Part shown: in pieces, positions 10,754 through 20,562 of the stretch
Layout: the number at the start of each line of letters is the position of its first letter
Numbering within the stretch: position 1 is the stretch's first letter
Program-made: the position numbers and the translations under genes
Origin: an uncultured Rikenellaceae bacterium
GTDB lineage: Bacteria; Bacteroidota; Bacteroidia; Bacteroidales; VadinHA17
DNA length: 50,780 nucleotides
Direction: 5' to 3'
Assembly (NCBI GenBank): GCA_964535035.1
Contig: CAZHRV010000081.1
Span: 1 to 50,780, forward strand
Notes under the pieces: model-generated
What the model saw: only the letters and a program-made list of their open reading frames with translations
Databases searched by the model: none
What the model was told of the DNA's origin: nothing

Positions 10754-10857
10754 TTGGTAGTATGATTGAATGACTGACGATAAAAATACAAAAACAAAAT
10801 CATTATATTATGTCATATCCCGGCGCTTTGCTAATTTTACAGGACTAATTTCATTTT

Positions 10858-11787
10858 ATGATTATTCATGAGGGATACGAGAATCTTATGTTCACCAATC
10901 CTGTTGTAACCCTTGGGATATTTGACGGTGTTCATTCAGGTCACAGGGCGCTGCTTGACCTGTTAGTATCACGCGCGCGGAAGGTCAAAGGAGAATCGGT
11001 CGTTATAACTTTTCACCCTCACCCCCGGCTGGTACTGGAAAAAGAAACTGAAGGGATATTCTTCCTCTCTACCCTGGATGAAAAAAAGATGCTGATAGAA
11101 AAAGCAGGTGCAGACCACCTGGTAATTATAAGGTTCACGAAACAGTTCAGCAGGATTAAAGCCTGCGATTTTATTGAAAAAATACTTATCAATAAAATCG
11201 GAACAAGATATCTCATTATCGGTCATGATCATCATCTTGGGTATCATGGAGAAGGCAACTATGATACAATAGTAAAATGTGTATCATCCCTGAAATTTAA
11301 AGTTGAACAGATAGAAGGCTTCAGAACGGGCGAAGAGACAATAAGCTCATCGCTGATACGTGAAGCATTATTAAAAGGCAGGCTGAATGAAGCAAAACAA
11401 TGGCTGGGTTACAATTATTCATTAAAGGGGACGATAATTGAAGGCAGGAAAATAGGAAGAGAAATAGGGTATCCGACGGCAAATATAAAACCGTGTGATC
11501 AGAATAAACTTATACCATGCGACGGAGCCTATGCAGTAGATATTCAGATAGATAGTAAAAAATATCCGGGAATGCTGAGTGTAGGGAAGAATCCCACGGT
11601 AAATAAAACAACCGGATCAAGATCGATCGAAGTCAATATTTTTAATTTTAAATCCGATATCTACGGAAAGGAAATTGAAATAATATTCAGGTACAGGTTA
11701 AGGGATGAAATAAAATTTGACAATACTGATCAACTCGCCAAACAAATGGAAAAAGATAAAGCAAGAGCCATGCAATTGCTTAAATAA
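10858..11787 (+). CDS. ribF: Bifunctional riboflavin kinase / FAD synthetase
   Basis: GIFDGVHSGH, TFHPHP, ISSSLIR, GREIGYPTAN. Confidence 0.95.
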   Translation: MIIHEGYENLMFTNPVVTLGIFDGVHSGHRALLDLLVSRARKVKGESVVITFHPHPRLVLEKETEGIFFLSTLDEKKMLIEKAGADHLVIIRFTKQFSRIKACDFIEKILINKIGTRYLIIGHDHHLGYHGEGNYDTIVKCVSSLKFKVEQIEGFRTGEETISSSLIREALLKGRLNEAKQWLGYNYSLKGTIIEGRKIGREIGYPTANIKPCDQNKLIPCDGAYAVDIQIDSKKYPGMLSVGKNPTVNKTTGSRSIEVNIFNFKSDIYGKEIEIIFRYRLRDEIKFDNTDQLAKQMEKDKARAMQLLK

Positions 11788-11805
11788 ACAAAAGTGGATT
11801 TTTAT

Positions 11806-11813
11806 TACCTTTG
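11806..11813 (+). promoter_or_regulatory. Bacteroidota sigma-A -7 element upstream of ahcY
   Basis: TACCTTTG matches TAnnTTTG, 22 nt before ATG 11836. Confidence 0.6.
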
Positions 11814-11835
11814 CATCCTTAATCATATTTTTCAA

Positions 11836-13254
11836 ATGGAATTAGTTACAGAAAAGACAATGCTATATAAGGTTAAAGATATCTCTCTTGCCGAATCTGG
11901 CAGAAAGGGGATAGAGATAGCGGAAAAAGAGATGCCGGGACTTCTGTCTATAAGGAAGAAGTACTCTTCTGAAAAACCGTTGAAAGGAGCACGGATCACC
12001 GGGTCGCTGCACATGACAATTCAGACAGCAGTTCTTATAGAGACCCTGGCAGAGCTTGGTGCTGATGTGCGATGGGCCGGCTGTAATATTTTTTCAACCC
12101 AGGACCATGCCGCAGCAGCAATAGCTGAAAGAGGCATTCCGGTGTTTGCCTGGAAAGGGGAAACTCTTGAAGAATACTGGTGGTGTACGGCTCAGGCACT
12201 CTCATTCCCCGGAGGGGAAGGCCCTAACCTGATCGTTGATGACGGCGGTGATGCATCGCTGTTCCTGCATCTTGGCTATAAAGGCGAAAAAGATCCTTCG
12301 ACTCTTGACAGGAAACCTGCCAACAGGGAAGAGGCTATTATTCTTGCCACACTGAAAAAGATACAGGCAAACGAACCCGGGAAATGGCATAATGCCGTCA
12401 GCGAGATGAAGGGAATATCGGAGGAGACAACCACAGGGGTTCACAGGTTATACCAGATGATGGAACGGAATGAACTGCTTGTACCTGCAATTAATGTTAA
12501 TGATTCAGTCACAAAATCGAAATTTGACAATCTCTACGGATGCCGTGAATCACTGGCCGATGGCCTTAAAAGGGCAACTGATGTAATGATTGCCGGGAAA
12601 GTAGTTGTGGTTTGCGGATATGGTGATGTCGGAAAAGGATCTGCAAAATCAATGCGATCCTACGGCGCAAGGATAATTGTGACGGAAATTGATCCGATAT
12701 GCGCACTCCAGGCAGCCATGGAAGGCTTTGAAGTCAAAACTGTTGAAGATGCTCTTGATGAAGGAAATATCTTTGTTACAGCCACAGGCAACAGGGATGT
12801 TATAACTGTGGAACATATGAAGAAGATGAAGGACCAGTCGATAGTCTGCAATATTGGTCATTTTGATAACGAAATACAGGTCAATGATCTGAATGATTTG
12901 AAAGATGTAAGGAAAATAAATATAAAACCGCAGGTTGATAAGTACCTGTTCCCTGACGGACATGCTATTTTTATGCTTGCCGAAGGAAGACTTGTAAACC
13001 TTGGCTGTGCCTCAGGTCATCCCTCCTTTGTCATGAGCAACTCATTCAGTAATCAGACACTTGCTCAGATCGATCTCTGGAAGAATAATTACAAGATAGG
13101 TGTATACAGGCTTCCGAAACATCTTGATGAAGAGGTTGCCAGACTTCACCTTGACCAGCTGGGGGTTAAACTTACAAAGCTTACAAAGGAACAATCGGAT
13201 TACATAGGGGTACTGGAAACAGGGCCCTATAAACCTGAGCATTACAGGTACTAG
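11836..13254 (+). CDS. ahcY: Adenosylhomocysteinase
   Basis: [53 protein letters not shown]. Start moved to ATG 11836, downstream of the promoter element. Confidence 0.97.
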   Translation: MELVTEKTMLYKVKDISLAESGRKGIEIAEKEMPGLLSIRKKYSSEKPLKGARITGSLHMTIQTAVLIETLAELGADVRWAGCNIFSTQDHAAAAIAERGIPVFAWKGETLEEYWWCTAQALSFPGGEGPNLIVDDGGDASLFLHLGYKGEKDPSTLDRKPANREEAIILATLKKIQANEPGKWHNAVSEMKGISEETTTGVHRLYQMMERNELLVPAINVNDSVTKSKFDNLYGCRESLADGLKRATDVMIAGKVVVVCGYGDVGKGSAKSMRSYGARIIVTEIDPICALQAAMEGFEVKTVEDALDEGNIFVTATGNRDVITVEHMKKMKDQSIVCNIGHFDNEIQVNDLNDLKDVRKINIKPQVDKYLFPDGHAIFMLAEGRLVNLGCASGHPSFVMSNSFSNQTLAQIDLWKNNYKIGVYRLPKHLDEEVARLHLDQLGVKLTKLTKEQSDYIGVLETGPYKPEHYRY

Positions 13255-13257
13255 ATT

Positions 13258-13737
13258 TTATTTATTCCACACACTCAGGTACTTTCCGTCAAAATGGGTT
13301 TTATAGTTCTTTAGTTGATATTGGCCGGGTCCTGAGACAGGCATTCCGAAAGCAGAAAGAGCATAACAGGTGCTGCAGCGGGGGCAAACAGCCTGTGTAA
13401 AATCAACATTGACCTTGATACTGAGCCCGTTCACTGCATAGTCATGAGGACAGGTGCGGTCATACGCATTAAACTCATCCGGATTCGACCTGTAAACAAT
13501 AATGCCATTATTATCGTAACCGGCAGCTTTACTACCCCAGTTATTGGTCTGTGAGGTGACAATAACATGATTACCAATTGCGGCAAGATCAGAAAAGAGT
13601 ATATCCCCGGTAATGTCCATGTAAAAGTTTACATAAACATCAGGTATTATATCGTTTTTGTTCTTTTCACAGGAAGCCGGCAAAAAAACAAATAGGATTA
13701 AAAACAAAAAAAACCTTATTTTTGAACCTTTTACCAT
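13258..13737 (-). CDS. Rieske-like lipoprotein
   Basis: Lipobox LPASC (C23); GIIVYR...AYDRTCPH...CPRC...G.P..GP...LKNY. Confidence 0.7.
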   Translation of the reverse strand: MVKGSKIRFFLFLILFVFLPASCEKNKNDIIPDVYVNFYMDITGDILFSDLAAIGNHVIVTSQTNNWGSKAAGYDNNGIIVYRSNPDEFNAYDRTCPHDYAVNGLSIKVNVDFTQAVCPRCSTCYALSAFGMPVSGPGQYQLKNYKTHFDGKYLSVWNK

Positions 13738-13756
13738 TCAAAAATGATTAATGGTA

Positions 13757-13764
13757 CAAAATTA
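13757..13764 (-). promoter_or_regulatory. Bacteroidota -7 element upstream of Rieske-like lipoprotein
   Basis: TAATTTTG on minus strand. Confidence 0.45.
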
Positions 13765-13821
13765 GTATTACTCCGGTAAATATAACGATGCTTATCATAC
13801 TAATATTATAATTATAACGAG

Positions 13822-14205
13822 ATGAACAAGTTATTCATCATGTTTACAGTATTGATCCTTCTATCGGGCATGACTTTATGCAATGCCCTTCCGGTTATTA
13901 AAAGTAAAGCCGGTTATGAGAGCAACGAAATTTCCATTAGTCAGCAGTCAAAGAATAAAAGGACAAAGCTCAGGAAACCGATGAGTGTTAAAAGAGCCCG
14001 GAGATTGCAGGCTAAAAAGGAAAAGAAGCTGAAGCGTGACTCAGAAAAGTTCATTAAGGAAAATCACGAGAGATCATTAGAAATACAGACACCTGAAGTT
14101 CGGGAACGCATGAAGCAAAATGTAAAGGATGCAAATACACGATATAAGAATAAAAAGAAAACCAGTACATCAAGAACTAAAAAAGCAGGAAGGAAATATA
14201 AGTAA
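13822..14205 (+). CDS. Hypothetical secreted, highly basic protein
   Basis: N-terminal hydrophobic signal-like segment; about one third K/R afterwards; fills an otherwise empty interval. Confidence 0.7.
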   Translation: MNKLFIMFTVLILLSGMTLCNALPVIKSKAGYESNEISISQQSKNKRTKLRKPMSVKRARRLQAKKEKKLKRDSEKFIKENHERSLEIQTPEVRERMKQNVKDANTRYKNKKKTSTSRTKKAGRKYK

Positions 14206-14255
14206 TAGAGGCTGGGCTGTCCCGGACCTGTAAACAACTAATTTTCAGCTTTTTT

Positions 14256-14286
14256 TTTGTAGTTATTTAAAAGTTTTTTATATTTG
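14256..14286 (+). promoter_or_regulatory. Bacteroidota sigma-A promoter for greA
   Basis: TTTG (14256-14259) and TATATTTG (14279-14286), 19-nt spacer. Confidence 0.7.
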
Positions 14287-14291
14287 TGGAT

Positions 14292-14328
14292 GAAGAGTTC
14301 CGGAATTCCTGGAATTCTTCCTTTTTTT
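14292..14328 (+). terminator. Intrinsic terminator-like hairpin upstream of greA
   Basis: GAAGAGTTCC...GGAATTCTTC stem (one G-U pair) followed by CTTTTTTT. Confidence 0.65.
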
Positions 14329-14345
14329 AAAATATGTAAGGAAAA

Positions 14346-14819
14346 ATGTCCGAGGTTTTATATGTAACGGAAGAGGGTCTTCAAAAGCTTAAAGATGAGC
14401 TTGAGAATCTGAGAACTGTTGAGAGGCCGAATATCGCCGGGCTGATAGCAGACGCCAGGGACAAAGGCGACCTTACCGAGAATGCAGAATATGCAGCAGC
14501 CAAAGAGGAACAGGCTATGCTTGAAATGAAAATAGCAAGACTTGAGGATGTTATTGCCAAATCAAGGATAATTGACGAATCTAAAATTGATACGTCAACC
14601 GTAAGGATATTGAATAAGATAAAAATAAAGAATAAAAAGAATAACAGTGTAATGGAATATCAGCTTGTTCCTGAAAGCGAAGCTAATTTCAAAGAGGGCA
14701 AGATTGCCATCAGTTCACCAATTGCACAGGGACTGATGGGTAAAAAAGTCGGAGAGATTGTGCAGATTAAGGTGCCGGCAGGAATAATTCCTTTTGAAAT
14801 CATTTCTATCTCATTGTAA
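14346..14819 (+). CDS. greA: Transcription elongation factor GreA
   Basis: ARDKGDLTENAEY, ISSPIAQGLMGK. Confidence 0.96.
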   Translation: MSEVLYVTEEGLQKLKDELENLRTVERPNIAGLIADARDKGDLTENAEYAAAKEEQAMLEMKIARLEDVIAKSRIIDESKIDTSTVRILNKIKIKNKKNNSVMEYQLVPESEANFKEGKIAISSPIAQGLMGKKVGEIVQIKVPAGIIPFEIISISL

Positions 14820-14829
14820 TATTCAGATC

Positions 14830-15228
14830 ATGGCAACTCTTTTTACAAAAATCATTAATGGGGAGATCCCATGTTATAAAATCACTGAAGATGAAAGGTA
14901 TTTCGCCTTTCTTGATATAAATCCATTGAAGGCCGGTCATACCCTGGTGGTCCCAAAACAGGAAATCGATTACATTTTTAATCTGGATGATGATCTTCTG
15001 GCCGGACTAATAATATTTTCAAAAAAAGTCGCAGCGGCCATTGAATCAGTTGTCCCATGTAACAGGATAGCTGTGGCAGTTGTAGGTCTCGAAGTGCCTC
15101 ATGTTCATATACACCTTATCCCTATGGATACCATGGAGGATGTGAACTTCAGAAATCCCAAGCTTAAATTCACCAATGAAGAGTTTATGGAAATAGCAAA
15201 AAAGATAAGAGAGAAGGTTTTGCAATAG
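14830..15228 (+). CDS. HIT family nucleotide hydrolase
   Basis: MATLFTKIINGEIP, AFLDINP, GHTLVVP, VPHVHIHLIP; start at ATG 14830. Confidence 0.93.
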   Translation: MATLFTKIINGEIPCYKITEDERYFAFLDINPLKAGHTLVVPKQEIDYIFNLDDDLLAGLIIFSKKVAAAIESVVPCNRIAVAVVGLEVPHVHIHLIPMDTMEDVNFRNPKLKFTNEEFMEIAKKIREKVLQ

Positions 15229-15325
15229 AATCTTTTTGCTACTCATAAGAAATCCGTGGCTCTCGGTGTAAGTTTTTCATTTCTTATAAAAAACATATCT
15301 TTACATAAATAATTCAGCTCGCTGC

Positions 15326-16027
15326 ATGAGTTATATGTATGATTTGTGGGATGATGTTATAAGCCTTCTTTTTCCAAGGCTTTGCTATGCATGTGGGAAC
15401 CACCTTCTGAGAAATGAAAAGCTCATTTGTACTGAGTGTTATATCCTGATACCCAGAGCTAATTATCATAATGAGTCAAACAACCCGGTAGAACAATTAT
15501 TCTGGGGAAGATGCAGGATTGAAAAGGCTGCAGCTTTCTCATTCTATAACAGAGGCAGTCGCATCAGGAATCTTATACACAACCTTAAATATAAGGGTAT
15601 CAGAGAGATAGGCTACGAGCTCGGGAAAATATATGGATCTGCACTTAAAAATTCAGATTTTACCGATGGTATTGACGTTATTATTCCTGTTCCGCTGCAT
15701 CCTGCAAAACAACGGATAAGGGGCTTCAACCAGAGTGAAATTATCTCACAGGGCATCTCTGAGGCCACCGGTATTCCTGTTGACAGGATTTCGCTTTCAA
15801 GAAAAAATCTCTCCGCCACACAGACAAAAAAATCGAGATATGAACGATGGACAAATGTTGAAGGAATTTTTTGCGTTACCGACTCAGCAGGCATCAGGGA
15901 TAAGCATATATTGCTTGTTGATGATGTGATAACGACGGGATCAACCATTGAATCGTGTGTGACGGAGCTGCTTAAAACAGAGGGTGTAAGGGTAAGTGTT
16001 ACCACTCTTGCCGTAGCCCTCATCTGA
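15326..16027 (+). CDS. comF: ComF-family double zinc-ribbon phosphoribosyltransferase
   Basis: CYAC...CTEC, PVPLH, RGFNQS, LLVDDVITTGST. Confidence 0.9.
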   Translation: MSYMYDLWDDVISLLFPRLCYACGNHLLRNEKLICTECYILIPRANYHNESNNPVEQLFWGRCRIEKAAAFSFYNRGSRIRNLIHNLKYKGIREIGYELGKIYGSALKNSDFTDGIDVIIPVPLHPAKQRIRGFNQSEIISQGISEATGIPVDRISLSRKNLSATQTKKSRYERWTNVEGIFCVTDSAGIRDKHILLVDDVITTGSTIESCVTELLKTEGVRVSVTTLAVALI

Positions 16028-16036
16028 AGAGCTCTA

Positions 16037-16600
16037 TTATCTGACTCTTCCCGGATTTTTGCTCATGAAATCTTTCCAGCTTGAACAGGCTTTTTCACTT
16101 TTCACTGTTCCCGACTGGAAGAAATGACAAAGTGCAGCAGCAAGACCATCAGTAGCATCAAGTTTCATTTCGTGCCGTTTAAATTTTAGTATGTATGCCA
16201 GCATGGCAGCAACCTGTTCCTTTGATGCCGCTCCCTGTCCCGTTATCGACATTTTGATCTTCCTGGGAGCATATTCATAAATTGGCAATGAACGTGTAAG
16301 AGCCGCAGCTATCGCTGCTCCCTGTGCCCTTCCAAGTTTAAGCATCGACTGTACATTTTTACCATAGAAGGGAGCCTCGATTGCCAGTTCATCAGGGTGG
16401 TATTCATCTATTATCCCGATGGTTCTGTCAAAGATATGTTTAAGCTTAAGGTAATGATCGCCGAATTTTGACAGGTCAATTGCACCAATGGTAATAAGTT
16501 CGGGATTATTTTCTGAGACCTTTATCACTCCATACCCGGTAATGTTTGTGCCGGGATCGATGCCAAGGATTATTCTCTCTTGAGCATTGCCTTTTCCCAT
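16037..16600 (-). CDS. ruvC: Holliday junction resolvase
   Basis: [28 protein letters not shown]. Confidence 0.96.
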   Translation of the reverse strand: MGKGNAQERIILGIDPGTNITGYGVIKVSENNPELITIGAIDLSKFGDHYLKLKHIFDRTIGIIDEYHPDELAIEAPFYGKNVQSMLKLGRAQGAAIAAALTRSLPIYEYAPRKIKMSITGQGAASKEQVAAMLAYILKFKRHEMKLDATDGLAAALCHFFQSGTVKSEKACSSWKDFMSKNPGRVR

Positions 16601-16615
16601 CCTGATAAATGGTTT

Positions 16616-17911
16616 TTATTTTTTAATCACAAATGTATTGTTTACCCATGATGGTTTTTCGGAGAAGTTTGCTGACCGGCTGAATTCTTCGCTTCCTTTT
16701 GCCTGGAAGAAACCTGTTTCGAGCCAGTATATAGCCTCTTTTAAACATTCTTCGTTACGGTCATCAAAATCATGGGTTATATCATCAGTGCATATTTTTG
16801 AAGGGGCAATGCCGTCATAATATTCACCTTCATCAATGGAATTCACAATCTTAAATGTGACCGGCCAGAAAAAATATGTATCAGCACATGGCCATCCATT
16901 CATTCCCATAGGTTTGCCGGTTGTTGTATCACCTATACTTACAAGGTTTAAATGCGGTTTGAGGCCATTCATAACTGCTTCACTTGCAGAGGCTGTTAAG
17001 CGTGTGGATATAACAACAAGTCTCGGAAGCGAGAGGGGGTATGAAGAAGTTTTAAAAGGATAATCGACATTATAATCCTGGTTCTTATCATTATAATTCA
17101 GACTGGCAAATATCACTCCTGTATTTGAATTACCTGCAATATAGCTTGCCAGCTGTTGTGCTATATAAAGGTATCCTCCCGAATTATACCTGAGATCAAG
17201 AATAAGATCCTGTACATTATTGTCCTTGAAAAAAGCAAATGCGGTATCAAGTTCATTTTCAGAAGGTTTGATGAATGATTCAAACACAAGATGACCCGTT
17301 ATACCGGATGAGAGGTGGAGGGTATCATAAAGGATCACCGAGTTGATGGTAAAGCTTTGTTTGGTTGAGGAGATAGATACTTCTGTTCCATCAGGCCGCT
17401 GGAAAAGAAAGTTGTTCGTTACTCCTGCATCTGATGGGCCTATTGCTTTCAGGTAGGCTTCTGAGTCGTTTGCTAACAGTATAGAAGCAATATCATAACC
17501 GTTTATCTGTTTCACGATCCAGCCGCGACGCACACCCTCGTCATATAAAGGTGAGTTGTTATAGATCATGGCTATCCTGGCATTAAGTGATTTGTCGAGA
17601 CCTATTCTAAAACCATGTCCCACAAATATTCCATCCATTTCAGCCATGAACTCATTATAATCAGCTACAAAACTCCACTTATCTATTTCTTTGTATCTTA
17701 ATGCTTCCAGCAGCGTATAAGGATCAGCATAATTTTCCTTTGTCACTGATGGCATCAGGTCATACCAGTAATACCAATGCTTCATAATATAATATAATGT
17801 ATCCCTGGACAGGGCCGGAAGATCGTCAGTGACAACAGGTTCGGGTTCCTCTTTTTTGCATGAGGCGGATATTATCAGTAGTGCAAGAAGGAGATAAAAT
17901 AACTTCTTCAT
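16616..17911 (-). CDS. S41 family peptidase lipoprotein with PDZ domain
   Basis: Lipobox SASC; LILDLRYNSGG, TASASE, IGDTTTGK. Confidence 0.88.
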   Translation of the reverse strand: MKKLFYLLLALLIISASCKKEEPEPVVTDDLPALSRDTLYYIMKHWYYWYDLMPSVTKENYADPYTLLEALRYKEIDKWSFVADYNEFMAEMDGIFVGHGFRIGLDKSLNARIAMIYNNSPLYDEGVRRGWIVKQINGYDIASILLANDSEAYLKAIGPSDAGVTNNFLFQRPDGTEVSISSTKQSFTINSVILYDTLHLSSGITGHLVFESFIKPSENELDTAFAFFKDNNVQDLILDLRYNSGGYLYIAQQLASYIAGNSNTGVIFASLNYNDKNQDYNVDYPFKTSSYPLSLPRLVVISTRLTASASEAVMNGLKPHLNLVSIGDTTTGKPMGMNGWPCADTYFFWPVTFKIVNSIDEGEYYDGIAPSKICTDDITHDFDDRNEECLKEAIYWLETGFFQAKGSEEFSRSANFSEKPSWVNNTFVIKK

Positions 17912-17937
17912 TATTGTAATTAATACTTTAGCGGGTT

Positions 17938-17945
17938 CAAAGGTA
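17938..17945 (-). promoter_or_regulatory. Bacteroidota -7 element upstream of S41-ruvC
   Basis: TACCTTTG on minus strand. Confidence 0.55.
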
Positions 17946-18081
17946 ATAATTTATCACATTGCCGGTTTACGGTTCCGGATCCAAATTCCTGTAATAATAA
18001 ACAACAGACCGACAAGAGTTGTATAGTAAACGGACTCATGAAGGATAAAGTGTATGAATATGAGTGAAAGAAAAGGAGTCG

Positions 18082-19356
18082 TCAATCGATGATTTTAAAT
18101 CCTGTATATGATACCAGCACTTCAGGGATCATGATCCCTTTATCTGTCTGGTTGTTTTCGAGTATAGCAGCTACAATTCTCGGAAGTGCAAGAGCGCTTC
18201 CGTTAAGAGTATGGGTAAGCCGGGTTTGTTTATCGCCTTTATCTTTAAACCTGCATTTCAGCCTGTTTGCCTGAAATGATTCAAAATTTGAAACGGAGCT
18301 TACTTCAAGCCATTGTTTCTGGGCAGCCGACCAAACCTCGAAATCGTAGGTAAGAGATGAAGTAAAAGACATATCTCCTCCACAAAGCCTCATGATACGG
18401 TATGGAAGGGCAAGTTTAACGACAAGGCTTTCGACATGGCTGGCCATTTCCTCAAGAGATCTATAAGAATGATCAGGGTGTGCAATCTGAACAATTTCGA
18501 CCTTATCAAACTGGTGCAGCCTGTTAAGTCCTCTGACATGGGCTCCCCATGAGCCGGCTTCTCTTCTGAAGCAGGGTGTATAGGCAATGTTCCTTACCGG
18601 GAGATCATCGGCACTGAGTATCACGTCCCTGTAAATATTGGTCACAGGCACTTCGGCAGTAGGTATCAGGTAAAAATTATCCTGAGTAACATAGTACATT
18701 TGTCCATCTTTATCCGGAAGCTGCCCGGTACCGAAACCTGAGTCCTCGTTTACTATTATGGGTGGCATAACCTCAGTATATCCTGCTTTGATTCCCTCAT
18801 CGAGGAAAAAACTGATCAAAGCTCGTTCAAACCTGGCTCCTTTACCCTTGTAGACAGGAAATCCGGCGCCGGTAAGTTTTATCCCGAGATCCAAATCTAT
18901 TATGTCGTATTTCTTTATCAATTCCCAGTGAGGTAGAAAATTATCAGTAACAGAGGGCATTGATCCTCCTTCCCGTACCTTCACATTATTTTTTGCTCCG
19001 AAGCCCCCGGCAACAGATTCATGCGGCAGATTGGGCAGCTTCATTATTTCATTCCTCAGTTCGTTGTCGACAAGGATTAGTTTATCCAAAAGAGACTTTA
19101 TCTCATTCTTGAGTTTATATGTCTTTTCCTTTGCTGTTTCAGCATCCTTTGTTCGCCCCTCTTTAATCATGGTACCTATCTCTTTCGAGATCCTGTTCAT
19201 TTCCCCCTGCATGGAATCAGACCGGGATTGTATTTCACGCCGTGATGTATCGAGAGTAAGGATTTTATTAATTATTTCCCCGGCATCGAAATTCTTTACT
19301 TTAAGACGTTCAATAATAAAATCTTTCTTTTCACGAATAAGGTTTATCGTAAGCAT
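18082..19356 (-). CDS. serS: Serine--tRNA ligase
   Basis: LIPTAEVP, FRREAGS, RLHQFDKVE, EVSSVSN, HTLNGSALA. Confidence 0.97.
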   Translation of the reverse strand: MLTINLIREKKDFIIERLKVKNFDAGEIINKILTLDTSRREIQSRSDSMQGEMNRISKEIGTMIKEGRTKDAETAKEKTYKLKNEIKSLLDKLILVDNELRNEIMKLPNLPHESVAGGFGAKNNVKVREGGSMPSVTDNFLPHWELIKKYDIIDLDLGIKLTGAGFPVYKGKGARFERALISFFLDEGIKAGYTEVMPPIIVNEDSGFGTGQLPDKDGQMYYVTQDNFYLIPTAEVPVTNIYRDVILSADDLPVRNIAYTPCFRREAGSWGAHVRGLNRLHQFDKVEIVQIAHPDHSYRSLEEMASHVESLVVKLALPYRIMRLCGGDMSFTSSLTYDFEVWSAAQKQWLEVSSVSNFESFQANRLKCRFKDKGDKQTRLTHTLNGSALALPRIVAAILENNQTDKGIMIPEVLVSYTGFKIID

Positions 19357-19411
19357 CTTGAAATATTTATTAATAAAAAAGCAGGCTAAAGAATGCCCGC
19401 TGTAAAATTAT

Positions 19412-19460
19412 TAAAAACTCCCGATAATGCTTTTAACAATATTAAAAGAATTTCGGGAGT
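19412..19460 (-). terminator. Probable terminator hairpin after rplU-rpmA
   Basis: ACTCCCGA/TCGGGAGT outer arms and CTTTTAA/TTAAAAG inner arms; T run follows on the minus strand. Confidence 0.55.
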
Positions 19461-19481
19461 CTTATAGCCTGAGATAAGAGT

Positions 19482-19742
19482 TTAATTACTTACCGGTTTA
19501 ACGGAAATGAAAGTCTTGTTGTTTTTTCTTTTTTTGAATTCAACCTCCCCATCAGTCAGAGCATACAGAGTATGATCTTTACCCAGTCCCACATTAAGGC
19601 CCGGATTGTGTTTTGTACCTCTCTGACGAACAATTATGTTGCCTGCCTTTACGACACTTCCGCCGAAGATCTTAACGCCCAGCCTTTTACTCTGCGAATC
19701 GCGACCGTTGCGTGAACTGCCTGCTCCTTTCTTGTGTGCCAT
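19482..19742 (-). CDS. rpmA: 50S ribosomal protein L27
   Basis: [24 protein letters not shown]. Confidence 0.98.
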   Translation of the reverse strand: MAHKKGAGSSRNGRDSQSKRLGVKIFGGSVVKAGNIIVRQRGTKHNPGLNVGLGKDHTLYALTDGEVEFKKRKNNKTFISVKPVSN

Positions 19743-19772
19743 GGTTATAAGTAGTTTGTAATATTTATCTAT

Positions 19773-20309
19773 CTATTTTGACGTTTTCCCTTTTACTGGT
19801 TTTTTATCAGCTGGTTTTTTTAATGCCGTCTTTTTTGCAGTAGTTTTCTTCTCAGCTGATTTTTTTGCAGGAGCTTTCTTCTGTTTGGTTACACTCTTTT
19901 TTGCCTCCGGTTTTTTATCAGCGTTCTTTTTTTCTACATCAGGTTCAGCTTTAACGGAAACTGTTTCTTTCTTTTCCGGGGCTTTTTTTGGCAGACTCTT
20001 TTCGTTGATTCTTAATATCTCAACCTGGGTAAAATTCTGACGATGACCTTTTGTGACCCTATATCCCTTTCTTCTCTTTTTCTTGAAAACAATAACCTTG
20101 TCTCCCCTTACCTGGTCAAGTACCATTCCCTCAATAACAGCATCTTTTATTACAGGCTCTCCAATAGTTATTTTCCCGTCATCCTCAATTAAAAGGACCT
20201 TGTCGAATTCAATCTTTTTCCCGTTTTCAGCATCAAGACGGTGAACAAATATTTTCTTACCTTTTTCTACTTTAAACTGCTGCCCTGCAATTTCTACGAT
20301 TGCGTACAT
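19773..20309 (-). CDS. rplU: 50S ribosomal protein L21 with Lys/Ala-rich C-terminal extension
   Basis: MYAIVEIAGQQFKV, KVIVFKKKRRKGY, GHRQ. Confidence 0.97.
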   Translation of the reverse strand: MYAIVEIAGQQFKVEKGKKIFVHRLDAENGKKIEFDKVLLIEDDGKITIGEPVIKDAVIEGMVLDQVRGDKVIVFKKKRRKGYRVTKGHRQNFTQVEILRINEKSLPKKAPEKKETVSVKAEPDVEKKNADKKPEAKKSVTKQKKAPAKKSAEKKTTAKKTALKKPADKKPVKGKTSK

Positions 20310-20338
20310 TATTATTCGATGTATTTAATTTCGGACTG

Positions 20339-20346
20339 CAAAGATA
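20339..20346 (-). promoter_or_regulatory. Bacteroidota -7 element upstream of rplU
   Basis: TATCTTTG on minus strand. Confidence 0.65.
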
Positions 20347-20562
20347 TACAATTTCAATTATTTTCAAACCTATATATGAATTTTTTAAATGTTGATAAAG
20401 GCAGGATCAAACATATTATCATACTCTCTGGACATTACATGAATGAGGATGGTTACATAAGGTGTTGAAAAGATTTTTTGACTGTACAGATACTTCTATT
20501 ATCTTTATGTTGGTATGAATCAGGAATGATTAATGTATTTATTTGGCGCATAACTAATTGAC

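Noticed and set aside
11788-11835. SAH/SAM riboswitch before ahcY
   Set aside because: Only about 20 nt between the promoter element and the start codon; no aptamer motif
17946-18081. Possible ncRNA between S41 gene and serS
   Set aside because: No convincing structure or known motif
20310-20562. L21 leader RNA or 75-aa ORF in divergent region
   Set aside because: AT-rich promoter region; the ORF overlaps rplU in antisense; no clear structure
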